From assembly GCF_009914755.1 (NCBI RefSeq), contig NC_060933.1: DNA of 64,000 bases; one strand, 5' to 3'. This document shows, piece after piece, positions 29,601 to 45,226 of the stretch (the first letter of the stretch is position 1; every line of letters begins with the position of its first letter). Made by a program: the position numbers and the translations under genes. Source of the stretch: the human T2T-CHM13v2.0 reference genome, Homo sapiens. The notes below the pieces were generated by a model that saw only the letters and a program-made list of their open reading frames with translations, did no database searches and had not been told where the DNA came from.

Positions 29601-30729
29601 TTCCATTCCATTCCATTCCATTCCATTCCATTCCATTCCATTCTATTAGGGTTAATTCCATTCCATTCCATTCCATTACATTCCATTGCAATCGAGTTGA
29701 TTCCATTCCATTCCATTCCATTCCATTCCATTCCGGATGATTGCATTCCATTGCCTTCCATTCCATTCCATTCACCTGCACTCGGGTTGATTCCATTCCA
29801 TTCCTTTCCATTCCATTCCATTCCATTCCATTCCATTCCATTCCATTCCATTCCATTCCATTTCGTTTCATTCCGTTCTATTCCGTACCATTCCATTCCA
29901 TTCCATTCCATTTCATTCCATTCCATTCCATGCCATTCCACTCGGGTTGATTCCATTCCTTTCCATTCCATTCGACTTGAATCCATTGCATTCCATTCCA
30001 TTCCATTCGATTCCATTCCATTGCACACGGGTTCATTCCATTCCATTCCATTCCTTTCCATTCCATTCCATTGCACACGGGTTCATTCCATTCCATTCCA
30101 TTCCATTACATTACATTCCATTTCGTTCCATTCCATTCTATTCCGTACCATTCCATTCCATTCCATTCCATTCCATTCCATTCCACTCCATTCCATGCCA
30201 TTCCACTCGGGTTTATTCCATTCCTTTCCATTCCATTCGGGTTGAATCCATTCCATTCCATTCCATTCCATTCCATTCAATTCCATTACATAGCACTCGG
30301 GTTGATTCCATTGCATTCCATTCCATTCCTTTGCATTCCATTCCATTCCATTCCATTCCATTGCATTCCATTCCATGCCATTCCACTCGGGTTGATTCCA
30401 TTCCTTTCCATTCCATTCGAGTTGAACCCATTCCATTCCATTCCATTCCATTCCATTGCAATCGAATTGATTCCATTCCATTCCATTCCATTCCATTCCA
30501 TTCCATTCCATTCCATTCCATTGCACTAGGTTTGATTCCATTCCACTGCATTCCATTCCATTCCATTCCATTCCATTCCGTTCCATTCCATTCCATTACA
30601 TTCGGTTTGATTGTATTCAATTCCCTTACACTCCATTTCATTCCATTCCATTCAGGTTGTTTCCAATCCATTCCAATCCATTCCACTCCATTCCATTGCA
30701 CTCGGGTTGATTGCATTCCATTCCATTCC
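23600..30729 (+). repeat. Sub-type B block (spans the 16.8-kb duplication junction)
   Basis: Same B modules as 1850-13889. Confidence 0.7.
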
Positions 30730-33700
30730 ATTCCACTCCATTCCGTTCCATTCCATTCCGTTCCATTGTATTCGGGTTAATTCCATTCCATTCCATTCCA
30801 TTCCATTCCATTCCATTACAATCGAGTTGATTCCATTCCATTCAATTCCATTCCATTCCATTCCAGTCCTTTCCATTCCATTCCACTCGGGTTGATTCCA
30901 TTCTATTAGTTTCCATTCCATTCCATTCCCTTCCATTCCACTCTGGTTGATTCCATTCCTTTCCATTCCACTCGAATACATTCCCTCCTATTCCACTCGG
31001 AACGATTCCATTCCATTCCATTCCATTCCATTCCATTCCATTTCGTTCCATTCCATTCTATTCCATATCATTCCATTCCATTCCGTTCCATTCCATTCCA
31101 TTCCATTCCACTCGTGTTGATTCCATTCCTTTCCATTCCATTCGGTTTGAAGGCATTCCATTCCATTGCATTCCATTCCATTCCGTTGTACTCGGGTTGA
31201 TTCCATTCCATTGCATTCCATTCCATTCCATTCCATTCCATTCCCTTGCATTCCATTCCATTACATTCGGATTGATTCTATTCAAAGCCCTTACTCTCCA
31301 TTACATTCCATTCCATACGGGTTGTTCCATTCCATACCATTCCATTCCACTCCATTCCATTGCACTAGGGTTGATTGCATTCCATTCCATTCCATTCCAT
31401 TCCAGATGATTCCATTCCATTGCATTCCGTTCCATTACATTCCCCTGCACTCGCGTTCATTCCATTCCATTCCATTCCATTCAATTCCATTCCATTACAA
31501 TTCGTTGGATTCCATTCTATTCCGTACCATTCCATTCCATTGCATACCATTCCATTCCATTCCATTCCATTCCATTCCATTCCATTCCATTGCATTCCAT
31601 TCCATTCCATTCCATTCCATTCCATTCCGTTCCGTTCCATTCCATTCCATTCCATTCTATTCGGGTTAATTCCATTCCATTCCATTCGATTGCAATCGAG
31701 TTGATTCCATTCCATTCCATTCCATTCCATTCCATTCCATTCCATTCCTTTCCATTCCATTACGGATGATTCCATTCCATTGCATTCCATTCCATTCCAT
31801 TCCCCTGTACTCGGGTTGATTCCATTCCATTCCATTCCAATCCATGCCATTCCACTCGTGTTGATTCCATTCTTTCCATTCCATTCAAGTTGAATCCATT
31901 CCATTGCATTCCATTCAATTTGATTCCATTCGATTGCACTCGGGTTGATTCCATTCCATTGCATTCCATTCCATTCAATTCCATTCCATTCCATTCCATT
32001 CCATTCCATTCCATTCCATTCCATTCCATTACATTCGGATTGATTCTATTCAATTCCCTTACACTGCATTACATTCCATTCCATTCGGGTAGTTTCCATT
32101 CCATTCCATTCCATTCCTCTCCATTCCATTGCACTCGGGTTGATTCCATTCCATTGCATTCCATTCCATTCCATTCAATTCCATTCCGTTCCATTCAATT
32201 CCATTACATGCGGATTGATTCTATTAAACTCCCTTACTCTCCATTCCATTCCATTCCATTCAGGTTGTTCCATTCCATTCCATTCCATTCCACTCCATTC
32301 CATTGCACTCGGGTTGATTCCATTCCATTCCATTCCATTCCATTCCATTCCATTCCATTCCATTACAATCGAGTTGATTCCATTCCATTCCATTCCATTC
32401 CATTCCTTTCCATTCCATTCCACTCGGGTTGATTCCATTCTATTAGTTTCCATTCCATTCTATTGCCTTCCATTCCACTCTGGTTGATTCCATTCCTTTC
32501 CATTCCACTCGAATACATTCCCTCCTATTCCACTCGGAACGATTCCATTCCATTCCATTCCATTCCATTCCATTCCATTCCATTTCGTTCCATTCCATTC
32601 TATTCCGTATCATTCCATTCCATTCCATTCCATTCCATTCCATTCCATTCCATTCCATTGTACTCGGGTTGATTCCATTCCATTGCATTCCATTCCATTC
32701 CATTCCATTCCATTCCATTCCATTCCATTCCATTGCATTCCGGAAGATTCCATTCCATTGCATTCCATTCCATTCCATTCCCCTGCACTCGCGTTGATTC
32801 CATTCCATTCCATTCCATTCCATTCCATTCCATTCCATTGCATTCCTTTCCGTTCCATTCCATTCCATTCCATTCCATTCCAATCCATTCCATTCCGTTC
32901 CGTTCCGTTCCATTCCATTCCATTCCATTCTATTCGGGTTAATTCCATTCCATTCCATTCCATTGCAATCGAGTTGATTCCATTCCATTATATTCCATTC
33001 CAATCCCTTCCTTTCCGTTCCATTCCATTCCATTCCATGCCATTCCGTTCCGTTCCATTCCATTCCACTCCATTCTATTCGGGTTAATTCCATTCCATTC
33101 CATTCGATAGCAATCGAGTTGATTCCATTCCATTCCATTCCATTGCATTCCATTCCATTCCATTCCATTCCTTTCCATTCCATTACGGATGATTCCATTC
33201 CATTGCATTCCATTCCATTCCATTCCCCTGTACTCGGGTTGATTCCATTCCATTCCATTCCAATCCATGCAATTCCACTCGTGTTGATTCCATTCTTTCC
33301 ATTCCATTCAAGTTGAATCCATTCCATTGCATTCCATTCCATTCGATTCCATTCGGTTGCATTCGGGTTGATTCCATTCCATTGCATTCCATTCCATTCC
33401 ATTCCATTCCATTCCATTCCATTCCATTCCTTTCCATTCCATTCCATTCCATTCGGATTGATTCTATTCAATTCCCTTACACTCCATTACATTCCATTCC
33501 ATTCGGGTAGTTTCCATTCCATTCCATTCCATTCCTCTCTATTCCATTGAACTCGGGTTGATTCCATTCCATTGCATTCCATTCCATTCCATTCAATTCC
33601 ATTCCGTTCCATTCCATTCCATTACATTCGGATTTATTCTATTCAACTCCCTTACTCTCCATTACATTCCATTCCATTCGGATTGTTCCATTCCATTCCA

Positions 33701-36700
33701 TTCCATTCCACTCCATTCCATTGCACTCGGGTTTATTCCATTGCATTCCATTCCATTCCATTCCATTCCATTCCATTCCGGAAGATTCCATTCCATTGCA
33801 TTCCATTCCATTCCATTCCCGTGCACTCGCGTTGATTCCATTCCATTCCATTCCATTCCATTCCATTCCATTCCATTCCTTTCCGTTCCATTCCATTCAA
33901 TTCCATTCCATTCCATTCCATTCCAATCCATTCCGTTCCGTTCCGTTCCGTTCCATTCCATTCCATTCCATTCTATTCGGGTTAATTCCATTCCATTCCA
34001 TTCGATTGCAATCGAGTTGATTCCATTCCATTCCATTCCATTCCATTCCATTCCATTCCATTCCATTCCTTTCCATTCCATTACGGATGATTCCATTCCA
34101 TTGCATTCCATTCCATTCCATTCCCCTGTACTCGGGTTGATTCCATTCCATTCCATTCCAATCCATGCCATTCCACTCGTGTTGATTCCATTCTTTCCAT
34201 TCCATTCAAGTTGAATCCATTCCATTGCATTCCATTCCATTCCATTCCCCTGCAGTCGGGTTGTTTCCATTCCATTCCATTCCATTCCATTCCATTCCAT
34301 TCCGTTCCGTTCCGTTCCATTCCATTCCATTCCATTCTATTCGGGTTAATTCCATTTCATTACATTCCATTCCATTCCATTCCATTCCAATCGAGTTGAT
34401 TCCATTCCATTCCATTCCATTCCATTCCACTCCATTCCAGTCCTTTCCATTCCATTGCACTCGGGTTGATTCCAATGTATTCCTTTCCATTCCATTCCAT
34501 TCCATTGCAATCGAGTTGATTCCATTGCTTTGCATTCCATTCCATTCCATTCCATTCCGGATGATTCCATTCCATTGCATTCCATTCCATTCCATTCCCC
34601 TGCACTCGGGTTGATTCCATTCCATTCCACTCCATTCCGTTCCATTCCATTCCATTGCATTGTATTCGGGTTAATTCCATTCCATTCCATTCCATTCCAT
34701 TCCATTCCATTCCATTATAATCGAGTTGATTCCATTCCATTCCATTCCATTCCAGTCCTTTACATTCTATTCCTCTCGGGTTGATTCCATTCTATTAGTT
34801 TCCATTCCATTCCATTCCCTTCCATTCCACTCTGGTTGATTCCATTCCTTTCCATTCCACTCGAATACATTCCCTCCTATTCCACTCGGAACGATTCCAT
34901 TCCATTCCATTCCATTCCATTCCATTCCATTCCATTTCGTTCCATTCCATTCTATTCCGTATCATTCCATTCCATTCCATTCCATTCCATTCCATTCCAT
35001 TCCATTCCATTCCATTGTACTCGGGTTGATTCCATTCCATTGCATTCCATTCCATTCCATTCCATTCCATTCCATTCCGTTCCATTCCATTCCATTACAT
35101 TCGGATTGATTCTTTTCAACTCCCTTACTCTCCATTACATTCCATTCCATTCGGGTTGTTCCATTCCATTCCATTCCATTCCACTCCATTCCATTGCACT
35201 CGGGTTGATTCCATTCCATTCCATTCCATTCCATTCCGGATGATTCCATTCCATTGCATTCCGTTCCATTACATTCCCCTGCACTCGGGTTGATTCCATT
35301 CCATTCCATTCCATTCCATTCGATTCCATTCCATTCCCCTGCACTCGCGTTGATTCCATTCCATTCCATTCCATTCCATTGCATTCCATTCCATTCCATT
35401 CCATTCATTTCCATTCCAGTCTTTTCCATTCCATTCCACTCGGGTTGATTCCATTCTATTAGTTTCCATTCCATTCCATTCCCTTCCATTCCACTCTGGT
35501 TGATTCCATTCCTTTCCATTCCACTCGAATACATTCCCTCCTATTCCACTCGGAACGATTCCATTCCATTCCATTCCATTCCATTCCATTCCATTCCATT
35601 TCGTTCCATTCCATTCTATTCCGTATCATTCCATTCCATTCCATTCCATTCCATTCCATTCCATTCCATTCCACTCGTGTTGATTCCATTCCTTTCCATT
35701 CCATTCGGTTTGAAGGCATTCCATTCCATTCCATTCCATTCCATTCCATTCCATTCCATTGTACTCGGGTTGATTCCATTCCATTGCATTGCATTCCATT
35801 CCATTCCATTCCATTCCATTCCATTCCATTCCGTTCCGTTCCATTCCATTCCATTACATTCGGATTGATTCTATTCAATTCCCTTACACTCCATTACATT
35901 CCATTCCATTCGGGTAGTTTCCATTCCATTCCATTCCATTCCTCTCCATTCCATTGCACTCGGGTTGATTCCATTCCATTGCATTCCATTCCATTCCATT
36001 CAATTCCATTCCATTCCATTCCATTCCATTACATTCGGATTGATTCTATTCAACTCCCTTACTCTTCATTACATTCGATTCCTTTCGGGTTGTTCCCTTC
36101 CATTCCATTCCATTCCACTCCATTCCATTGCACTCGGGTTGATTCCATTCCATTCCATTCCATTCCATTCCGGAAGATTCCATTCCATTGCATTCCATTC
36201 CATTCCATTCCCCTGCTCTCGCGTTGATTCCATTCCATTCCATTCCATTCCATTCCATTCCGGAAGATTCCATTCCATTGCATTCCACTCCATTCCATTC
36301 CCCTGCTCTCGCGTTGATTCCATTCCATTCCATTCCATTCCATTCCATTCCATTCCTTTCCGTTCCATTCCATTCCATTCCATTCCATTCCAATCCATTC
36401 CATTCCGTTCCGTTCCGTTCCATTCCATTCCATTCCATTGTATTCGGGTTAATTCCATTCCATTCCATTCGATTGCAATCGAGTTGATTCCATTCCATTC
36501 TATTCCATTCCATTCCATTCCTTTCCATTCCATTACGGATGATTCCATTCCATTGCATTCCATTCCATTCCATTCCCCTGTACTCGGGTTGATTCCATTC
36601 CATTCCATTCCAATCCATGCCATTCCACTCGTGTTGATTCCATTCTTTCCATTCCATTCAAGTTGAATCCATTCCATTGCATTCCATTCCATTCCATTAC

Positions 36701-39700
36701 CCTGCAGTCGGGTTGATTCCATTCCATTCTATTCCATTATATTACATTCCATTGCATTCCGTTCCGTTCCATTCCATTCTATTCCATTCTATTCGGGTTA
36801 ATTCCATTCCATTCCATTCCATTCCATTCCAATCGAGTTGATTCCATTCCATTCCATTCCATTCCATTCCACTCCATTCCAGTCCTTTCAATTCCATTCC
36901 ACTCGGGTTGATTCCAATGTATTCCTTTCCATTCCATTCCATTCCATTGCAATCGAGTTGGTTCCATTGCTTTGCATTCCATTCCATTCCATTCCATTCC
37001 GGATGATTCCATTCCATTGCATTCCATTCCATTCCATTCCCCTGCACTCGGGTTGATTCCATTCCATTCCACTCCATTCCGTTCCATTCCATTCCATTCC
37101 ATTGTATTCGGGTTAATTCCATTCCACTCCATTCCATTCCATTTCATTCCATTACAATCGAGTTGATTCCATTCCATTCCATTCCATTCCAGTCCTTTCC
37201 ATTGCATTCCACTCGGGTTGATTCCATTCTATTAGTTTCCATTCCATTCCATTCCCTTCCATTCCACTCTGGTTGATACGATTCCTTTCCATTCCACTCG
37301 AATACATTCCCTCCTATTCCACTCGGAACGATTCCATTCCATTCCATTCCCTTACATTCCATTCCATTCCATTCCATTTCGTTCCATTCCATTCTATTCC
37401 GTATCATTCCATTCCATTCCATTCCATTCCATTCCATTCCATTCCATTCCATTCCACTCGTGTTGATTCCATTCCTTTCCATTCCATTCGGTTTAAAGGC
37501 ATTCCATTCCATTCCATTCCATTCCATTCCATTCCGGATGATTCCTTTCCATTGCATTCCGTTCCATTACATTCCCCTGCACTCGGGTTGATTCCATTCC
37601 ATTCCATTCCATTCGATTCCATTCCATTATCCTGCACTCGCGTTGATTCCATTCCATTCCATTCCATTCCATTCCATTCCATTCCATTCCTTTCCATTCC
37701 AGTACTTTCCATTCCATTCCACTAGGGTTGATTCCATTCTATTAGTTTCCATTCCATTCCATTCCCTTCCATTCCAATCTGGTTGATTCCATTCCTTTCC
37801 ATTCCACTCGAATACATTCCCTCCTATTCCACTCGGAACGATTCCATTCCATTCCATTCCATTCCAGTCCATTCCATTCCATTCCATTTCGTTCCGTTCC
37901 ATCCTATTCCGTATCATTCCATTCCATTCCATTCCATTCCATTCCATTTCATTCCATTCCATTCCACTCGTGTTGATTCCATTCCTTTCCATTCCATTCG
38001 GTTTGAAGGCATTCCATTCCATCCCATTCCATTCCATTGTACTCGGGTTGATTCCATTCCATTGCATTCCATTCCATTCCATTCCATTCCATTCCGTTGC
38101 ATTCCATTCCATTACATTCTGATTGATTCTATTCAACTCCCTTACTCTCCATTACATTCCATTCCATTCGGGTTGTTCCATTCCATTCCATTCCATTCCA
38201 CTCCATTCCAATGCACTCGGGTTGATTCCATTCCATTCCATTCCATTCCATTCCATTCCGGATGATTCCATTCCATTGCATTCCGTTCCATTACATTCCC
38301 CTGCACTCGCGTTGATTCCATTCCATTCCATTCCATTCCATTGAATTCCATTCCATTACAATTCGTTCCATTCCATTCTATTCCGTACCATTCCATTCCA
38401 TTCCATTCCATACCATTCCATTGCATTCCATTCCATTCCATTCCATTCCATTCCATTCCACTCCATTCCAGTCCTTTCCATTCCATTCCAATCAGGTTGA
38501 TTCCATTCTATTCCTTTCCATTCCATTCCTTTCCATTGCAATCGAGTTGATTCCATTGCTTTGCATTCCATTCCATTCCATTCCATTCCGGATGATTCCA
38601 TTCCATTGCATTCCATTCCATTCCATTCCCGTGCACTCGGGTTGAATCCATTCCATTCCACTCCATTCCGTTCCATTCCATTCCATTCCATTCCATTCCA
38701 TTGTATTCGGGTTAATTCCATTCCATTCCGTTCCATTCCATTCCATTCCATTGCATTACAATCCAGTTGATTCCATTCCATTCCATTCCATTCCATTTCA
38801 GTCCTTTCCATTCCATTCCACTCGGGTTGATTCCAATCTAATCTATTAGTTTCCATTCCATTCCATTCCCTTCCATTCCACTCTGGTTGATTCCATTCCT
38901 TTCCATTCCACTCGAATACATTCTCTCCTATTCCACTCGGAACGATTCCATTCCATTCCATTCCAATCCATTCCATTGCACTCGGGTTGATTCCATTCCT
39001 TTCCATTCCATTCCATTCCATTCCGGATGATTCCATTCCATTGCATTCCGTTCCATTACATTCCCCTGCACTCGCGTTGATTCCATTCCATTCCATTCCA
39101 TTCCATTCCATTCAATTCCATTCCATTACAATTCGTTCCATTCCATTCTATTCCGTACCATTCCATTCCACTCCATACCATTCCATTCTATTCCATTCCA
39201 TTCCATTCCATTTCGTTCCATTCCGTTCCATTCCATTCCATTCCATTCTATTCGGGTTAATTCCATTCCATTCCATTCCATTCCATTCCATTCCATTCCA
39301 TTCCATTCCATTCCAATCTATTCCATTCGATTGCAATCGAGTAGAATCCATTGCATTTCATTCCATTCCATTCCATTCCATTGCAATCGAGTTGAATCCA
39401 TTGCATTTCATTCGATTCCATTCCATTCCATTCCATTCCGGAAGATTCCATTCCATTGCATTCCATTCCATTCCATTCCCCTGCACTCGCGTTGATTCCA
39501 TTCCATTCCATTCCATTCCATTCCATTCCATTCCATTCCGTTCCGTTCCGTTCCGTTCCATTTCATTCCATTCCATTCCATTCCATTCCGTTCCGTTCCA
39601 TTCCATTCCATTCCATTCTATTCGGGTTAATTCCATTCCATTCCATTCGATTGCAATCGAGTTGATTCCATTCCATTCGATTCCATTCCTTTCCATTCCA

Positions 39701-42700
39701 TTCCATTCGAGTTGATTCCATTCCATTCCATTCCATTCCATTCCACTCCATTCCAGTCCTTTCCATTCCATTCCACTCGGGTTGATTCCATTCTATTCCT
39801 TTCCATTCCATTCCATTCCATTGCAATCGAGTTGATTCCATTGCTTTGCTTTCCATTCCATTCCATTCCATTCCGGATGATTCCATTCCATTGCATTCCA
39901 TTCCATTCCATTTCCCTGCACTCGGGTTGATTCCATTCCATTCCACTCCATTCCCTTCCATTCCATTCCATTCCATTGTATTCGGGTTAATTCCATTCCA
40001 TGCCATTTCATTCCATTCCATTCCATTCCATTCCATTCTATTACAATCGAGTTGATTCCATTCCATTCCATTCCATTCCATTCCATTCCATTCCATTCCA
40101 GTCCTTTCTATTCCATTCCACTCGGGTTGATTCCATTCTATTAGTTTCCATTCCATTCCATTCCCTTCCATTCCACTCTGGTTGATTCCATTCCTTTCCT
40201 TTCCACTCGAATACATTCCCTCCTATTCCACTTGGAACGATTCCATTCCATTCCATTCCATTCCATTTCATTCCATTTCCTTCCATTCCATTCTATTCCG
40301 TACCATTCCATTCCATTCCATTCCTTTCCATTCCATTCCATTCCATTCCACTCTTGTTGATTCAATTCCTTTCGATTCCATTCGTTTTGAAGGCATTCCA
40401 TTCCATTCAATTCCATTCCATTCCCTTCCATTCCATTCCATTCCATTCCATTCCATTCCATTCCATTCTATTCGGGTTAATTCCATTCCATTCCATTCCA
40501 TTCCATTCCATTCCATTCCATTCCATTCCATTCCATTGCAATCGAGTTGATTCCATTCCATTCCATTCCATTCCATTCCATTCCATTCCGTTCCATTCCA
40601 TTCCATTACATTCGGATTGATTCTTTTTAATTCCCTTACACTCCATTCCATTCCATTCCATTCGGGTACTTTCCATTCCATTCCATTCCATTCCACTGCA
40701 TTCTATTGCACTCGGGTTCATTGATTCCATTCCATTGCATTGCATTCCATTCCATTCCCCTGCACTCGGGTTGATCCCATTTCATTGCATTCCATTCCAT
40801 TCCATTCCATTCCATTCCATTCCATTCCGTTCCATTCCATTCCATTCCATTCTGTTCAGGTTAATTCCATTCCATTCCATTCCCTTCCATTCCGTTCCAT
40901 TCCATTCCATTCCATTCTGTTCAGGTTAATTCCATTCCATTCCATTCCCTTCCATTCCATTCCATTCCATTCCATCCCATTTCAATCTAGTTGATTCCAT
41001 TGCATTCCATTCCATTCCATTCCATTCCATTGCATTCCATTCCATTCCATTCACCTGCACTCAGATTGATTCCATTCCATCCCATTCCATTCCATTCCGT
41101 TCCATTCCATTCCATTCCATTCTATTCGCGTTAATTCCATTCCATTCCATTCCATTACATTCCATTGCAATCGAGTTGATTCCATTCCATTCCGTTCCAT
41201 TCCATTCCATTCCATTCCATTTCGTTCCATTCCATTTTATTCTGTACCATTCCATTCCATTCCATTCCATTCCATTCCATTCCATTCCATGCCATTCCAC
41301 TCGGGTTGATTCCATTGCTTTCCATTCCATTGGGGTTGAATCCTATCCATTCCATTCCATTCCATTCCATTCCATTCCATTCCATTCCATTGCACTAGGT
41401 TTGATTACATTCCACGGCATTCCATTCCATTCCATTCCGTTCCATTCCATTCCATTATATTCGGATTGATTGTATTCAATTCCCTTACACTCCATTACAT
41501 TCCATTCCATTCGGGTTGTTTCCATTCCATTTCATTCCATTCCACTCCATTCCATTGCACTCAGGTTGATTCCATTCCATTCCATTCCATTCCATTCCAT
41601 TCCATTTCGTTCCATTCCATTCTATTCCGTACCATTCCATTCCATTCCATTCCATTCCATACCATTCCACTCAGGTTTATTACATTCCTTTCCATTCCAT
41701 TCGGGTTGAATCCATTCCATTCCATTCCCTTCCATTACATTCCATTCCATTCCTTTGCACTCGGTTTGATTCCATTCCATTCCCTGCCATTCCATTTCAT
41801 TCCATTCCATTCCATTCCATTCCATTCCATTCCATTCCGTTCCATTCCATTCCATTACATTCGGATTGATTGTATTCAATTCCCTTAAACTCCATTACAT
41901 TCCATTCCATTTGGGTTGTTTCCGTTCCGTTACATTCCATTCCACTCCATTCCATTGCACTCAGGTTGATTCCATTCCATTCCATTTCGTTCCATTCCAT
42001 TCTATTCCGTACTATTCCATTCCATTCCATTCCATTCCATGCCATTCCACTCGGGTTGATTCCATTCCTTTCCATTCCATTCGGGTTGAATCCATTCCAT
42101 TCCATTCCATTGCATTCCATTCCATTCCATTCCCCTGCAATCGGGTGGATTCCATTATATTCCATTCCATTCCATTCATTCCATTCCATTCCATTCCATT
42201 TCGTTCCATTCCATTCTATTCCGTACCTTTCCATTCCATTCCATTCCATTCCATTCCGTACCATGCCATTCCACTCGGGTTGATTCCATTCCTTTCCATT
42301 CCATTCTAGTTGAATCCATTCCATTGCATTCCATTCCATTCGATTCCATTCAATTGCACACGGGTTCATTCCATTCCATTCCATTCCATTCCATTCTATT
42401 CCGTTCCATTCCATTCCATTTCGTTCCATTCCATTCTATTCCGTACCATTCCCTTCCATTCCATTCCATTCCACTCCGTTCCATGCCATTCCTCTCGGGT
42501 TTATTCCATTCCTTTCCATTCCATTCGGGTTGAATCCATTCCATTCCATTCCATTCCATTCCATTCCATTCCATTCCTTTCCATTCCATGCCATTCCACT
42601 CGGGTTGATTCCATTCCTTTCCATTCCATTCGAGTTGAACAAATTCCATTCCATTCCATTCCATTCCATTCCATTCCATTGCTCACGGGTTCATTCAATT

Positions 42701-45226
42701 CCATTCCATTCCATTCCATTCCATTTCGTTCCATTCCATTCTACTCCGTACCATTCCATTCCATTCCATTCCCTTCCATGCCATTTCACTCGGGATTATT
42801 CCTTTCCTTTCCATTCCATTCGGGTTGAATCCATTCCATTCCATTCCTTTGCATTCCATTCCATTCCATTCCCCTGTAATCGGGTGGATTCCATTCTATT
42901 CCATTCCATTCCATTCCATTCCATTCCATCCCATTCCATTCCATTTCGATCCATTCCATTCTATTCCGTACCTTTCCATTCCATTCCATTCCATTCCATT
43001 CCATTCCATGCCATTCCACTCGGGTTGATTCCATTGCTTTCCATTCCATTTGGGTTGAATCTAATCCATTCCATTCCATTCCATTCCATTCCATTCCATT
43101 TCATTCCATTGCACTAGGTTTGATTCCATTTCACTGCATTCCATTCCATTCCATTCCATTAAATTCCATTCCACTCGGGTTGATTCCATTCCTTTACATT
43201 CCATTCGTGTTGAATCCATTCCATTCCATTCCATTACTTTCGATTCCATTCCATTGCACTCGGGTTGAACCCATTCCATTGGATTCCATTCCATTCCATT
43301 GCATTCCATTCCGTTCCATTCCATTCCATTACATTCGTATTGATTCTATTCAATTCCCTTACACTCCATTCCATTCCATTCCATTCCATTCGGGTTGTTT
43401 CCATTCCATTCCATTCCATTCCACTCCATTCCATTGCAATCCGGTTGATTCCATTCCATTCCATTCCATTCCATTCCGTATGATTCCATTCCATTGCATT
43501 CCATTCCATTCCATTCCCCTGCACTCGGGTGGATTCCATTCTATTCCATTCCATTCCATTCCACTCTATTCCATTCCATTCCATTCCATTCCATTCCATT
43601 CCATTCCATTCTATTCGGGTTAATTTCATTCCATTCCATTCCATTCCATTCCATTCCATTCCATTCCATTCCATTGAAATCGAGTTGATTCCTTTTCATT
43701 CCATTCCATTCCATTCCATTCCATTCCATTCCATTGCATTCTATTCCGGTTAATTCCATTCCATTCCATTCCATTCCATTCCCTTCCATTCCATTCCATT
43801 CCATTCTATTAGGGTTAATTCCATTCCATTCCATTCCATTACATTCCATTGCAATCGAGTTGATTCCATTCCATTCCATTCCATTCCATTCAATTCCGGA
43901 TGATTGCATTCCATTGCCTTCCATTCCATTCCATTCACCTGCACTCGGGTTGATTCCATTCCATTCCTTTCCATTCCATTCCATTCCATTCCATTCCATT
44001 CTATTAGGGTTAATTCCATTCCATTCCATTCCATTACATTCCATTGCAATCGAGTTGATTCCATTGCATTCCATTCCATTCCATTCAATTCCGGATGATT
44101 GCATTCCATTGCCTTCCATTCCATTCCATTCACCTGCACTCGGGTTGATTCCATTCCATTCCTTTCCATTCCATTCCATTCCATTCCATTCCATTCCATT
44201 CCATTCCATTCCATTTCGTTTCATTCCGTTCTATTCCGTACCATTCCATTCCATTCCATTCCATTTCATTCCATTCCATTCCATGCCATTCCACTCGGGT
44301 TGATTCCATTCCTTTCCATTCCATTCGACTTGAATCCATTCCATTCCATTCCATTCCATTCGATTCCATTCCATTGCACACTGGTTCATTCCATTCCATT
44401 CCATTCCTTTCCATTCCATTCCATTGCACACGGGTTCATTCCATTCCATTCCATTCCATTACATTACATTCCATTTCGTTCCATTCCATTCTATTCCGTA
44501 GCATTCCATTCCATTCCATTCCATTCCATTCCATTCCATTCCACTATATTCCATGCAATTCCACTCGGGTTTATTCCATTCCTTTCCATTCCATTCGGGT
44601 TGAATCCATTCCATTCCATTCCATTCCATTCCATTCAATTCCATTACATAGCACTCGGGTTGATTCCATTGCATTCCATTCCATTCCATTGCATTCCATT
44701 CCATTCCATTCCATTCCATTGCATTCCATTCAATGCCATTCCACTCGGGTTGATTCCATTCCTTTCCATTCCATTCGAGTTGAACCCATTCCATTCCATT
44801 CCATTCCATTCCATTCCATTGCAATCCAATTGATTCCATTCCATTCCATTCCATTCCATTCCATTCCATTCAATTCCATTCCATTGCACTAGGTTTGATT
44901 CCATTCCACTGCATTCCATTCCATTCCATTCCATTCCGTTCCATTCCATTCCATTACATTCGGTTTGATTGTATTCAATTCCCTTACACTCCATTTCATT
45001 CCATTCCATTCAGGTTGTTTCCATTCCATTCCAATCCATTCCACTCCATTCCATTGCACTCGGGTTGATTGCATTCCATTCCATTCCATTCTACTCCATT
45101 TCGTTCCATTCCATTCTATTCGGTAGCATTCCATTCCATTCCATTCCAATCCATTCCATTCCATGCCATTCCACTTGGGTTGATTCCCTTCCTTTCCATT
45201 CCATTCGGGTTGAATCCATTCCATTC
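28389..45226 (+). repeat. ~16.8-kb tandem duplication, copy 2
   Basis: Matches 11551-28388 apart from scattered substitutions and pentamer gains/losses. The junction lies in the pure CATTC run at ~28378-28408. Confidence 0.92.
30730..40410 (+). repeat. Sub-type A block (duplicate of 13890-23600)
   Basis: Same landmarks shifted by ~16.8 kb. Confidence 0.75.
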
